Notes: generated by a model from the sequence alone, not told the origin. 45,762 nt of DNA from Octopus sinensis (GCF_006345805.1 NW_021835389.1:1-45762); one strand, 5' to 3'; counted from the stretch's first letter, positions 1 through 11,498 are shown. Made by a program: numbers and translations.

Positions 1-336
1 CACATATATATATATTCACATATGCTCTTTTATCCATGCGAATACAGATACAGGTTTCATAAAGAACGTTGAACTAAATAGTCTTTGAAAACAGTAATTC
101 CCCAAACGTTTTCTTGTTCGTATGCGTCACTTGTAATGGCGGGTTTATAAGTAATGTCTCTCTGGACCAAAAGGTGGGTTCTCAGTCTTTGCTGAAATCC
201 CAACACGGGATTGAAACTGATCCCAGCTTTTTCTGCCCACAAAGACCTTTGCGTATATAAAAACGAAGAGATTACATCTGTCTATTATATACAGTGTTGG
301 CTCGAAAAGTCCATTGGTTAAATGATGTAGTGTTAT

Positions 337-337
337 C

Positions 338-428
<91 letters not shown>

Positions 429-559
429 ATAATATACACATACATATGACATATTCACACACCAACCTCAACACAAGCAACATACACGCACACCTTATAT
501 ATATACCATATAAATACAATATTATGTATATATATTTGTATATTTGCGTCCGCATGTAC

Positions 560-610
<51 letters not shown>

Positions 611-763
611 TATATGTTATATATATATATATATTATATATATTATATTATATATATATTATATTATATATATATATATTATATTATATATTATATTATG
701 TATATTATATATATATATATATATATTATATATTATATATATCATATATATATATAGAATATA

Positions 764-810
<47 letters not shown>
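337..810. repeat. Compound (AT)n microsatellite field
   Basis: Long pure and interrupted AT runs; source of the YI-repeat ORFs. Confidence 0.95.
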
Positions 811-811
<1 letters not shown>

Positions 812-854
812 GTGGATATATAAGAATCTGCATTAAAGGAATATATATGCTCAC

Positions 855-992
855 CCTCGCCATAATCCTTTTTACAAACTGTTGCATGATATTTTTTCAA
901 AGTGTACTGTGGCATCTCAATGCTTCTATCCACAACGACTGGTTTCTGTGTTTCTATCCATTTGAAGAAGACATTTTCTGCACTGTAGCTGT
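855..992 (-). CDS. Cys-loop LGIC loops B/F/C exon, (Y)SYSAENVFFKWIETQKPVVVDRSIEMPQYTLKKYHATVCKKDYGE(G)
   Basis: Acceptor tcttttgcag and donor G|gtgagc; 138 bp, phase 1 to 1. Aligns with GlyR FGYTMNDLIFEW...LPQF...CTKHYNTG. The gene continues beyond position 1. Confidence 0.95.
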
Positions 993-1226
993 CTGCAAAA
1001 GACAAGATCCAAACATTGAACAGAGTAGAAGGTGAGATATCAAGTCAGAAGTTAGACGGCTATCGAATTAAAAGCAATTTCATAATTAATGGAAGTCTTT
1101 CTCAATATTTTTTTTGTCTAGTACGTATTTGATATTTCGCTAAAAGTAAAGTAAGTCGAAACTTCGAAGTCACTAAGTCACGTTCGACACAATTCTTGTT
1201 GAAGAACAATATGCGTATGTATGTAT

Positions 1227-1628
1227 TACTCTTTTACTCTTTTACTTGTTTCAGTCATTTGACTGAGGCCATGCTGGAGCACCGCCTTTAGTCGAGCAAA
1301 TCGACCCCGGGACTTATTCTTTGTAAGTTCAGTACTTATTCTATGGGTCTATTTTGCCGAACCGCTAAGTTACGGGGACGTAAACACCCAGCATCGGTTG
1401 TCAGCAATGCTAGGGGGACAAACACAGACCACAAACACACACAACACACATATATATACATATATACGACAGACTTTTCTTTCAGTTTCCGTCTACCAAT
1501 CCACTCACAAGGCATTGGTCGCCCGGTGCTATAGCAGAAGACACTTGCCCAAGGTGCCACGCGGAGGGACTGAACGGAACCATGTGGTTGGTTAGCAAGC
1601 TACTTACCACACAGCCACTCCTACGCCT
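1227..1628 (-). mobile_element. tRNA-headed SINE, family A, full-length
   Basis: Head with A/B-box-like motifs (ggctgtgtggtaag ... ggttc(c/a)gtccc), internal CA/TA microsatellite and a (aaagagt)-like tail; about 10 homologous copies in the window. Confidence 0.85.
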
Positions 1629-2025
1629 ATATATATTCAACAACTAACCTTTTTCAACTGATGAAGTAGCCCTAATTTTGCATTATCTTTAATAAACGTT
1701 TCGCATTTCGCATTAATGCGCATATATAAGTAACTTATTTATTATTAAATACGATAATGTAAGCTATTTACATGTTTTTGGCTGACTGAAGCAAATTTGT
1801 CGTGATGTTTTGTTGTTTATTGTTAAATAAATTTCATCATAATATTTCTCCGTCATTTATATCTATATACTTTCCTTATTCTCTCCTCATGTATACTACT
1901 ATATACTCTACATGTCCTGTATAATGACAAACTAAGGAGATTTTTATGACTACTACGGATTACTTGAATCAATATATCATGATTAATATACATACATACA
2001 CATAAACACATACACACACACACAT

Positions 2026-2100
2026 ACGACAGGCTTCTTTCAGTTTCCGTCTACCAAATCCGCTCACAAGGCTTTGGTTGGCTCGAGGCTATAGTAGACA
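2026..2100 (-). mobile_element. SINE family A fragment
   Basis: ggcttctttcagtttccgtctaccaaatcc core shared with the other A copies. Confidence 0.8.
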
Positions 2101-2132
2101 ACACTCTAGGTCGACTTTGCGCGTGTATATGG

Positions 2133-2176
<44 letters not shown>

Positions 2177-2379
2177 AAGTTGCAGTGTGGAAGGTGTTTT
2201 TAAATGGCTTATAAACACCTTCCACGTGGCAATTGTTTTTATTTCAGCACACGATCTCAGATCAGGTCCCTTGCTATGCAAGTACATCTCCGTAATTCCG
2301 TTATACTTTTATTATCGAATATTGATAGGAACTGTATAAAAAATTGTTAAAATATTTTGTGTATTGTAGAAGTAAATAG

Positions 2380-2710
2380 GGGTAAAGCCACTCCCTTCGG
2401 TCATGAATGACCAAGGGATTGCACCTAGAAAGCTCCCCTCCGAGGCATAAGTCCGGGCAAGGTTGTTTATGGAAGACCAACAGTCACTCATGAATACCAG
2501 CCTCCCTTCTGCACGCCACTAATATTATCCAAGAGAAAGACAAAGGCATCAGTAACCTCAAAACCTATTTCTACAGCTGAGTGAACAGGAGCAATGTGAA
2601 ATAAAGTGTCTTGCTCGAGAACACAACGCACAGTCCGGTCCGAGAATCGAACTCACAACCTCCTGATTGTGAACCCGACACTCTAACCACTAAACCATGC
2701 GCCTTCACAT
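2380..2710 (-). mobile_element. tRNA-headed SINE, family C
   Basis: B-box gagttcgattctc on the minus strand; the head gtgtcttgctcaagaacacaac recurs at 6860-6990 and 8445-8585. Confidence 0.7.
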
Positions 2711-2888
2711 TGTGGAAATATAAACAATTTATTGCACATAATTTTTAGCAACAAAATCTTATATGGACCCCCAAAGGCAATGTGAACGGCAAGGGCCATA
2801 TGGAGCCCCAGTTGAAAACCGCTGCCCTAAAGGTTATAAAAAAAAGGCTGAGGCGGGAATGCAATGAATAAATATCTGTAATACTTAC

Positions 2889-2971
2889 AACTTTCCATAA
2901 CCATGGAACAAATCTGATCGTCCATCGGATATCGTTCGAGTCTCATATAACAACTCAACGTTAGAGACAAC
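2889..2971 (-). CDS. Cys-loop LGIC Cys-loop exon, (R)LSLTLSCYMRLERYPMDDQICSMVMES(Y)
   Basis: Acceptor tttttcctttcag and donor T|gtaagt; 83 bp, phase 2 to 1. Carries the C-x13-C signature with YPMD. Too short for the ORF track. Confidence 0.97.
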
Positions 2972-3056
2972 CTGAAAGGAAAAAGACGAGGAAATGATAA
3001 GAAAAAGAGCGAGAATGAAGAGGTGCAGAAGAAACGGTAAGACGGTCATCATGGAG

Positions 3057-3207
3057 CAGTCATGGGAAAACTACGGCCCATCGGATTTTTGGGATGGTCC
3101 GCCAATGAAAAATTACCTGGAATTTATTTTTTTTAGAAGTGCGACTTAACTGGTGATGAGCCATGTCGCATGCGGCCCGCTCCTTGAAAAAGTTTGCTTG
3201 CGTCTGT
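3057..3207. mobile_element. Degenerate hAT(Charlie)-like MITE
   Basis: Ends cagtcatgggaaaactacggccc and gcggcccgc...aaaagtttgcttgcgtctg resemble hAT MITE termini; no TSD found. Confidence 0.45.
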
Positions 3208-3299
3208 TGCACTGTGGCGTCAGTAAAACTTTAATATTATTTTGTTAAAATGCCACATGGAGATTGTTTTGGATGGCGAAGGTGACGATGTCGTTATTA

Positions 3300-3413
3300 T
3301 TAATGATGGTGGGGTGGTGGTGGTGGTGGTGGTGGTGGTGGTGGTGGTGGTGGTGGTGATAGTGGTGGTATTTGTTGGAGTTGTGGCTGTTGATGGTGGG
3401 AATGAGGATGATG

Positions 3414-3444
<31 letters not shown>

Positions 3445-3501
3445 CGATGACGACGACGATGATGATGATGATAATCACCGCGATGACGACGATAACGCCA
3501 G

Positions 3502-3534
<33 letters not shown>

Positions 3535-3770
3535 CGATGACAATGGTGACGACGACGATGATGATGGTGATGATGATGATGACGATGATGATGAGGATGG
3601 TGACGATGATGACGATGATAATTATGATGATGACGTCGATGATGATGATGACGTCGACGATGACGACGACGATGATGATAACGATGATGAGGACGATGAC
3701 GACGACGACGACGACGACGACGACGATGGTGATGATGATGATGAGAATGATGATGATGAGGAGGATGTTT
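3300..3770. repeat. (GGT)n followed by a ~350-bp (GAT/GAC)n trinucleotide array
   Basis: Direct reading; lies in the 1.3-kb intron 2972-4283 and produces the poly-D, poly-M and poly-I ORFs. Confidence 0.95.
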
Positions 3771-4283
3771 AGGCTCAGATAAGTCCTGGTCGAGCAGACC
3801 AGGCCTGGGAAAAAGTCGAGGTGTACCAAGAATTACATTATCTAATGTGTACTTTTCTTGTTTTACACGATCGGGTGTGATGTGAAGACTTAGCTGTTAT
3901 TTCTGACATGCCGAGCCAACACGTTCACTCGTTAAAGGCATCAAATTAATCGAGAGAAGTTACCAGTTCAAATCCAACCATAGAAATTATATTTCCATGG
4001 GGCAAGACACTTAACTCTAATATCCCATTATAGTTACCATCAGCTGAGTTCACATCAGATTTACCAAATTGGAAATAGGTTTCACAAGACATTCAACTCA
4101 ACGTGACCCACGTTCGATTTTTGATCGTGGCAATTTCATTTCTTCCCATAATGCATTTGGTTAACATTATTGACGTCACATTCCTGCGATTTACTGTTCA
4201 ATCGCTTAAGCAATCGTTACATGACGTCACAAGCACTCACTACATAAACTCCGCTCGAGAAAGTCCCGCTCAGCAATACTTAC

Positions 4284-4510
4284 CGGATGCTGTAAAAAAC
4301 GGTGCCGTTTCGATAGATGAGAAGCATTCGGTTAGGTTTGGTGACGTCATGGAAGCTACCCTTTTTCTCGTTACTGAAGAAAAGGTCTGGGACCCAAAAG
4401 TTGTTTATTCGGCTGCTGTCCATCTCGAGTCGTGATAGAGAAGACATTCTGGTGTAGTTGAGCCGTGGGTCATGCCATAACTGTCTCAGTAGAATAGTCA
4501 CGCTATATTC
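4284..4510 (-). CDS. Cys-loop LGIC loops D/A/E exon, EYSVTILLRQLWHDPRL...WVPDLFFSNEKK...NGTVFYSIR
   Basis: Acceptor tttctgccag and donor CG|gtaagt; 227 bp, phase 0 to 2. The LRQxWxDPRL and WxPDLFFxNEK motifs are diagnostic of the GlyR/GluCl/GABA branch. Confidence 0.97.
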
Positions 4511-4741
4511 CTGGCAGAAATAAAAACACATTTATCAAATATAATAAATATATAAAATAAAATGAAGGCAAAATTTAGAAATAAATAACTGATGGAAGAG
4601 AAAATGATTAATCTAATGAAAAATAATTAATCAATTAAATACAATTAAGTAACTATGAATAATTGTAATTCGCAAAAATGAAAATAATTATAGAAAATAT
4701 AAACGAATAAATATGTATAATATTATATGGAACTGTATAGA

Positions 4742-5142
4742 ATCTTTTCTACTCTGGGCACAAGGCCCGAAATTTTTGAGAAGGAGGTCCAGTCGATTAG
4801 ATTGATCCCGGTACGCAACTGGTACTTAATTTATCCACCCCTAAAGGATGAAAGGCAAGGTCAACCTCGGCGGAATTTGAAATCAGAACGTAAAGACAGA
4901 CGAAATACCTATTTCTTTACTACCCACAAGGGGCTAAACACAGAGAGGACAAACAAGGACAGACAAACGGATCAAGTCGATTACATCGACCCCAGTGCGT
5001 AACTGGTACTTATTTAATCGACCCCGAAAGGATGAAATGCAAAGTCGACCTCGGCGGAATTTGAACTCAGAACGTAGCGGCAGACGAAATACCGCTAAGC
5101 ATTTCACCCGGCGTGCTAACGTTTCTGCCAGCTTGCCGCCTT
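4742..5142 (-). mobile_element. SINE family B, head-to-tail dimer
   Basis: tRNA-like head ggcggc(g)agctggcagaaacgttagcacgccggg, B-box gagttcaaattcc, and core ggtcgactttgcctttcatcctttcggggtcgat (resembles a Meta-type conserved SINE domain) present twice; junction at 4908/4909. Confidence 0.85.
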
Positions 5143-5179
5143 CAAATTTTCAATATAATGTAATATCGTTTTAATGCTA

Positions 5180-5365
5180 TCTTTTGTCGCTAGACTGCGG
5201 CTATGCTGGCGCACCGCCTTATAGGGGTTTTAATCGAATGAATCGACCTCAGTATTTTTACTTTTAAGTCTGGTACTTATTCTAAAGAACTCTTTTGCCG
5301 AACGGCTTTGTTATATTGGACGTAAATAAACCAACACACCTTGTTAAGCGATAGGGAGGGATAAA
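5180..5365 (-). mobile_element. Diverged SINE family A 3-prime half
   Basis: gactgcggctatgctggcgcaccgcc ... ggtacttattc ... ttttgccgaac motifs. Confidence 0.7.
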
Positions 5366-5449
5366 CGCAAACACATGTACATACGCACTCAAATGCAAAC
5401 ACACAAAACACACACACATATAAATAGATAGTTCAACAAACAGAGAGAT

Positions 5450-5664
5450 ATTAAGATAGATAGATAGATAGATGAATAGATAGATAAATAGATAGATAGA
5501 TAGTTCGATAAATAGCTAGATACCTAGCAGCTAGATATATAATAGATGACAGACAGAGGGATAGATAGATAAGACAGACAAGTACTAGATATATATATAT
5601 ATTATATATATATATATATATTATAGATAGATAGATAGAAAACAGATAGCTAGATAGTTAGAAA

Positions 5665-5706
<42 letters not shown>

Positions 5707-5800
5707 TTAGATGATAGATATAGAAAACAGATAGAGATATAGATAGATATATAGATAGATAGATAGATAGATGATAGATAGTAGCTAGATAGATAGATAT

Positions 5801-5836
<36 letters not shown>

Positions 5837-5860
5837 TAGATAGATAGATAGATAGATAGA
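5450..5860. repeat. (AGAT)n/(AG)n/(AT)n compound microsatellite
   Basis: Direct reading; source of the YLSI ORFs. Confidence 0.95.
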
Positions 5861-6039
5861 TTTCTTTATTGCCACGCAGGGCTAACACAGAAGGGACAAA
5901 ATACAAAGTAGAGCTTTTGGTGGGGGTGTGAGAAGGAAAAATGGCGAGGGGGGGTCGAATTCCGATCAAAAGGGATCGTGAAAAAAAAAAAAGGAAGTGG
6001 GGCCGACCAATAGGGATCTTTCAGCTTCTGTTTTCGAAA

Positions 6040-6160
6040 TATATTCACAAGGTTTTCATCAGTCCGTCACATAGTGGAATACACTTGCCCAAGGTGTCAC
6101 GCAGTGGGAGTGAACACAAAACCACGTGGATAAGAAGCAAACTATTTACCACACGGCCAC
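6040..6160 (-). mobile_element. Diverged SINE family A 5-prime fragment
   Basis: acacttgcccaaggtgtcacgcagtggga ... accacacggccac. Confidence 0.7.
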
Positions 6161-6369
6161 ACCTCTACCTCTTACTTATTTGCAACTGTTGTCCAATTAA
6201 ATTTCTGCCGTTCATGAGTGTTTTCATCAATTGTTTTAAAAACTTTTAGAAAAATAGCATTAAAAATAAAAAATAAAAGAGAAAAAGCCGAAGTAGGGCA
6301 AAACCAAACCGATATTCAAATATTCCTGATGTAAGAGATAAATGTTTGAAGTGACAGAATGGTACTTAC

Positions 6370-6437
6370 CATATTTTGCTCTGATACTGTGTCTACACTG
6401 CTTACATACAGCTGGACACTCACTACCGTTGGAAAAT
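6370..6437 (-). CDS. Cys-loop LGIC beta1-beta2 exon, (D)FPTVVSVQLYVSSVDTVSEQNM
   Basis: Acceptor ttcttcag and donor ATG|gtaagt; 68 bp, phase 1 to 0. Aligns with GlyR [23 protein letters not shown] and has the same exon boundaries. Not in frame with any ORF in the supplied track. Confidence 0.93.
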
Positions 6438-6754
6438 CTGAAGAATATAATGGAGCAATAGTTATCGGTTGTATAGATACCTATTATGGAAACATACAAA
6501 ATTAGTGTACATTTAAACACAAAAGAAGCGACACTTAACAGGCCGCCTTACATGCTAGAAGGAGCAGTCAAAATGACCAAAACCACATTTAAAAGCAATT
6601 TCGAAGGGAATGAAAAATAAAAACTTTTACCATGCTTTTATTTTTCATTCCCTTCGAATGTTGTCTATTGACTTTGTATACAAGCTAGGCCCCTGGGAGG
6701 GAAATTTCTAAAATTCTGCTACCCTATATTATTTTACTGTTTTTTCTTTTTTTT

Positions 6755-6990
6755 ATTCTTTTTACTTGTTTCAGTCATTTGACTGGGGCCATGCCGGAGC
6801 ACCGCCTTCAGGACTTATTCTTTGTAAGCCTAGTACTTATTCCACCACACAGATGACGAAATGGTCGCAGAGCAACGTGAAACGAAGTGCTTTGCTCAAG
6901 AACACAACGCAACACCCGATCTGGGAATCGAACCCACGATCTCGCATTTGTGAGTGTAATACCTTAGCCACTGATCCATGCAGCTCCACA
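6755..6990 (-). mobile_element. SINE A 3-prime fragment abutting a SINE C-type head
   Basis: A-tail ttacttgtttcagtcatttgactg, then a C-type head with gggaatcgaacccacgatc. Confidence 0.7.
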
Positions 6991-7162
6991 CATTTATATG
7001 TAAAGGCAATTTTTCAGGCTTTGTTTATGCGTTATAAATAGTTCTTAAAAACATATATATAGGGTATTTTAAAGATATATAGGGCATCTTATAAATAGGC
7101 TTGTTAATGTATCAAAACAACTTGAAACTGTTAATAGCTTTTTCCGTTGAGTATTTAAATTT

Positions 7163-7193
<31 letters not shown>

Positions 7194-7250
7194 TGAATGC
7201 ATAAATACGTGCAATACATACAGAGATGCTTAGGAAAATGTATCATTTAT

Positions 7251-7294
<44 letters not shown>

Positions 7295-7499
7295 GTGTGT
7301 ACATATAAAAGGGATGACCTGTAAGTGGACATCCATTATGCTACAAGAAGATCCGCTATGGTCTTACCACTAAGAAAGGAATGTTCTCAAGAATATTTAG
7401 CAAACGCCAGAAACTTCAGATTTTTAAATATGCTAGACCACTGGTTTTAAATTGATATTAATCAAATTAATATTCAATTTTTCACACTTATTACTTTAA

Positions 7500-7557
<58 letters not shown>

Positions 7558-7800
7558 TGGATACACATGATATAAATACACACACATATACACATAGAAA
7601 ACAGGTAGACGATAAATATATAAAAAGACAGACAGGTAGAATGACAGATACACAATTGTATCCATAATACATGCATACAATTATGCACACATGCACATAC
7701 ACATACACACACTCATACATATACACTTGTATATAAATATCAACTGTTAGTTTACATGCCACTTACTACGGTAGCTGTCTGTTTCGCATATTTACATAAT

Positions 7801-7885
7801 AGCCAGTCCTGCTGGGATTCAGAAGTAAGACATTTTTGAATCCCAGCACGCCTGATGAGCGTATGAAAACATGAAACAGGCTGTT
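7801..7885 (+). ncRNA. Hammerhead-ribozyme-like motif, probably decayed, in a probable Penelope pLTR remnant
   Basis: CTGATGA at 7852-7858, GAAAC at 7873-7877, GTC at 7806-7808, a 12-bp perfect helix 7810-7821/7837-7848, and AGCC/GGCT pairing for stem III. Stem II is weak. Confidence 0.45.
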
Positions 7886-8039
7886 GCCTTCGTAAACTCT
7901 ATGTAAACTAACATTTTACCTCTTGGTTAGAATCTGTGTTTGCATTTTTGTATATTCTCCCACAGCTAGGATTTTTAATAGCTAATAACTAAATTTAATT
8001 TGTTTTCGGTCCTTCTGATACAAGCTGTGTTGTCATAAT

Positions 8040-8078
8040 ATATACATACATACATACTCTCACACATACATATACACA

Positions 8079-8151
<73 letters not shown>

Positions 8152-8178
8152 CCATACATACATACATACATACATACA

Positions 8179-8214
<36 letters not shown>

Positions 8215-8285
8215 TATATGTATATATATATATTATATATATATATATAATATATATATATATTATTATATATATATATAAAGTT
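8040..8285. repeat. (AT)n/(ATAC)n compound microsatellite
   Basis: Direct reading. Confidence 0.95.
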
Positions 8286-8366
8286 AATCCAAACAAGGGA
8301 ACACAAAAAAAAAACACAACAACGCGATGACGTGGAACAAATATAGTATTATTGGACGCTCAGGAA

Positions 8367-8410
<44 letters not shown>

Positions 8411-8444
8411 GTATGTGTGTGTGTATATGCATGTACGTATGTAT

Positions 8445-8585
8445 TGTGCATTTGGCAGCCGAGTGGACTGGGGCAATGTGAAACAAAGTGTCTTACTCAA
8501 GGAGACAATGCACCACCGGAAATGGAACTCACGACTTTACGATCGTGAGCCGAATACCCTAACCGCTAAGCCATGCGCTTTCCAT
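8445..8585 (-). mobile_element. SINE C-type tRNA head fragment
   Basis: gcaatgtgaaacaaagtgtcttactcaagg ... gaactcacgactttacgatcgtgag ... ccatgcg, homologous to 2590-2710. Confidence 0.7.
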
Positions 8586-9138
8586 ACTCTATTGCTGCCG
8601 TCTTGGCAGTGGCGCACAGCAACTGGTGGCCACCTACGAGCATTCTCGGTCATGTGAGATAAAGAATGGTGCTGCTACTTGAGAAGGACTTGGACAAATG
8701 AGACATAATAGACGATTTTATATCGGTAACTCAGCTGAAAAATGAATAAAAGACTTTTGCAAAGTTACTCATCATGATGTGTCTGTAGTTTAGTCGTAGA
8801 AGCACAAAATTGTGTGATACCCACGTGATGTGTCACATCGTAGTAATGAGGCGTCATTACACCTGCATTCTGAAGAGTCTGATAAATATAGTTGAGTCGA
8901 AGACTTTCGGTTTGAGTCTGTTCAGAACGTAACTCGTTCCAGTTCCGTTTTCAGAAGCTCGATCAGTATAATTTCGATGCTTAAATTTAAACGGTTATTT
9001 ATCAGAACCGCTCCTCGTTGGGAGCTCAGTCTACCAAGGTTGCCTTACGACCTCGTGTTTTCTAAAAATGTTGGTACTTCAGACATTGCGCCAGCAGTTG
9101 GAGTCATTAAGGGACAAACCCAGGTATTTTCTGGTAAG

Positions 9139-9323
9139 CTATACTCCGCACCCGGTATGCTGCGGCACACTAGTGTGCCACGAGGCAATGCTAGGTTTGC
9201 CTTAGTGTCATCTGAATATAATTTTTTCCCCTATACTTATAGTTATATATTTAGTTCAGGTGTGACGCCGAATTTTGAAAAGAATATGTGTACTGCAAAG
9301 GAAAAAATGGTCGCGGAATACGG
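9139..9323. mobile_element. Possible degenerate hAT-type MITE containing the palindrome GGCACACTAGTGTGCC
   Basis: Perfect 16-bp palindrome near 9162-9177; ends ctatactccgcaccc / ggtcgcggaatacgg are about 10/15 complementary; no TSD. Confidence 0.35.
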
Positions 9324-9424
9324 AACTACAGTCATAAATTAAAGAAGAGTACAAAGAAGCCGATAAAGACGATTGCAGGCTGACGACATCAAAGAATTGA
9401 CAGGAAACAATAGTCTGGCTGACT

Positions 9425-9820
9425 GTATACTACTACGGCACTCCGTCGGTTACGAGGACGAGGGTTCCAGTTGATCCAATCAACGGAACAGCCTGCTCGT
9501 GATATTAACGTGCAAGTGGCTGAGCACTCCACAGACACGTATACACTTAATGATGTTCTTGGGGAGATACAGGGTGACACGAAGTGTGACAAGGCTGGCC
9601 TTTTGAAATAAAGGTACAAGAGAAACAGGAAGAAAGAGTGAGAGAACGTAGTGGTGAACGAATACAGCATGGTTCGCCACTAAACCCTGCCGGAGCCTCG
9701 TGGAACTTTAAGTGTTTTCTCTCAATAAACACTCACAACCACAACACCTGGTCTGGGAACCGAAACCGCGACCCTATGATCGCGAGTTCGCTGTCCTAAG
9801 CACTGGGCCATTGCGCCGCC
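9425..9820 (-). mobile_element. tRNA-headed SINE, family D
   Basis: Minus-strand head ggcgcaatggcccagtgcttaggacagcg ... gcggtttcggttccc; its 5-prime half is shared with 42790-42920. Confidence 0.75.
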
Positions 9821-10169
9821 ACTTGCAGACTGTATACATGCAGCAAAATGCAGAAGGAACTGTGGAGCCTTCTTGTCAAGACGATCTAGGGACATCAGGA
9901 AAGGACCTTGCAGGTGATAATAGCGTTTCCATCACAATGTATAACACAAATCGACAACTACAGCAGCAGCAGTAGTAGTAGTAGCAGTCGTAGCAGCAGC
10001 AGTAGCAGCGACTTGAACATCAAGTACCAAACTAATCAGTGGAGTATTATACTTCTTTTATCTTATTTTATCGTCATCCTGATTACAAAATAAATGTTTA
10101 TCAAGTTGCTTGCATCGATACATTCCTATTTCTGTGACATTGGTATTAATGATAGCATCATATGTCAAT

Positions 10170-10363
10170 ATACATACACTACTACATACATACATATATA
10201 CCTATCTACATACACACACATACACACACACACACATATATAATATATATATATATATATATGTGTTGTGTGTGTGTGTGGGTTGTGTGTGTATATGATA
10301 TATAGGTATTTGTGTTTATATACGTATAGATCGATATATGCATTTACGCCTATTATAAATTAT

Positions 10364-10395
<32 letters not shown>

Positions 10396-10489
10396 CACTC
10401 ATACATAAATATATATATTGTATATATGTATATATACTAACAACGTACGCTTACGTTTTTTGTATGTATATATATGTATGTATGCATAT

Positions 10490-10545
<56 letters not shown>

Positions 10546-11284
10546 CATATATATATGTATATATGTAATATAATATAATATTCAGGTCTATATGCTTCCC
10601 AGTCCCTTTATATTTCTCTGTCTCCACCTTCTAATGTTATATTTATCATCAGTGAGTTTAGTGAACGAGAATATGCGATTAATGGTGCGTGAGTTGGAGA
10701 ATGTATGGTCGTTAAGCCATTACAGCCGGAAAGACAATGGAGGCAGAGGGAGAGATTAAAGAAGACAGAGGGAAAGACAGAAAGACAGTGAGAGAGAGAG
10801 AGAGAGATAGATAGAAAGAGAGAGAGAAAGAGAAAAGGTGGGCAAAAAAGAGGGATAGAAGAGAAGGAGAGAGCATAAAGGTAAGAGAGCATGAAGGACA
10901 GAGGAAGAGGGGAATTTGACTTATTGCTCACAAATCAGAAATCTTCTGGATGAAGGTCAAAATGCGTTCAAATGTCAAAAACATGTCCATAAAATCTTAA
11001 TATATATATACATGTGCGTGTATATACATATGTATATATATGAATATTGTGTGTGTCTATACATACACACACACCACACACATATATATATATATATGCA
11101 TATTCATATATAAATGTATTATTTATGCACACACACACACACATATGTATGCATACGCAGGCACATTCACACAAATAGAACCACACGTACGTAATACTAC
11201 ATACACGCACACATATATATGTATAATTGCGTGGATACACACACACGCGCGCATATAAGTATATATCTGTATAACTTGATAATT

Positions 11285-11329
<45 letters not shown>

Positions 11330-11448
11330 ATTATATATATTATATATATAATATGTATATATATATATATATTATATATATGTATATATATATATATATA
11401 TATATTATGTATATATATATATGTATATATATATGTATATATATATAA

Positions 11449-11498
<50 letters not shown>

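Noticed and set aside
57-242. 61-aa minus-strand ORF as the next (M1) receptor exon
   Set aside because: No C-terminal loop-C cysteine, no R...Y..P..L.V..SW M1 pattern and no suitable phase-1 acceptor. The M1 exon must lie outside the window.
1668-1720. CTGATGA with nearby GAAAC-like sequence as a hammerhead
   Set aside because: The motifs are on opposite strands or lack stems; it looks like a junction of truncated repeats.
3242-3829. Poly-Asp, poly-Met and poly-Ile/His ORFs as acidic or biomineral proteins
   Set aside because: All frames are open only because of the (GAT/GAC)n array inside a receptor intron; no splice or start context.
4103-4435. 110-aa plus-strand ORF
   Set aside because: It is the antisense shadow of the receptor exon and adjacent intron; no recognisable motif.
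6631-6698. Mutually exclusive duplicate of the 68-bp exon (ATG|gtaaaa at 6631)
   Set aside because: No AG at the required distance and no similarity to the beta1-beta2 peptide; the segment is explained by the hairpin.
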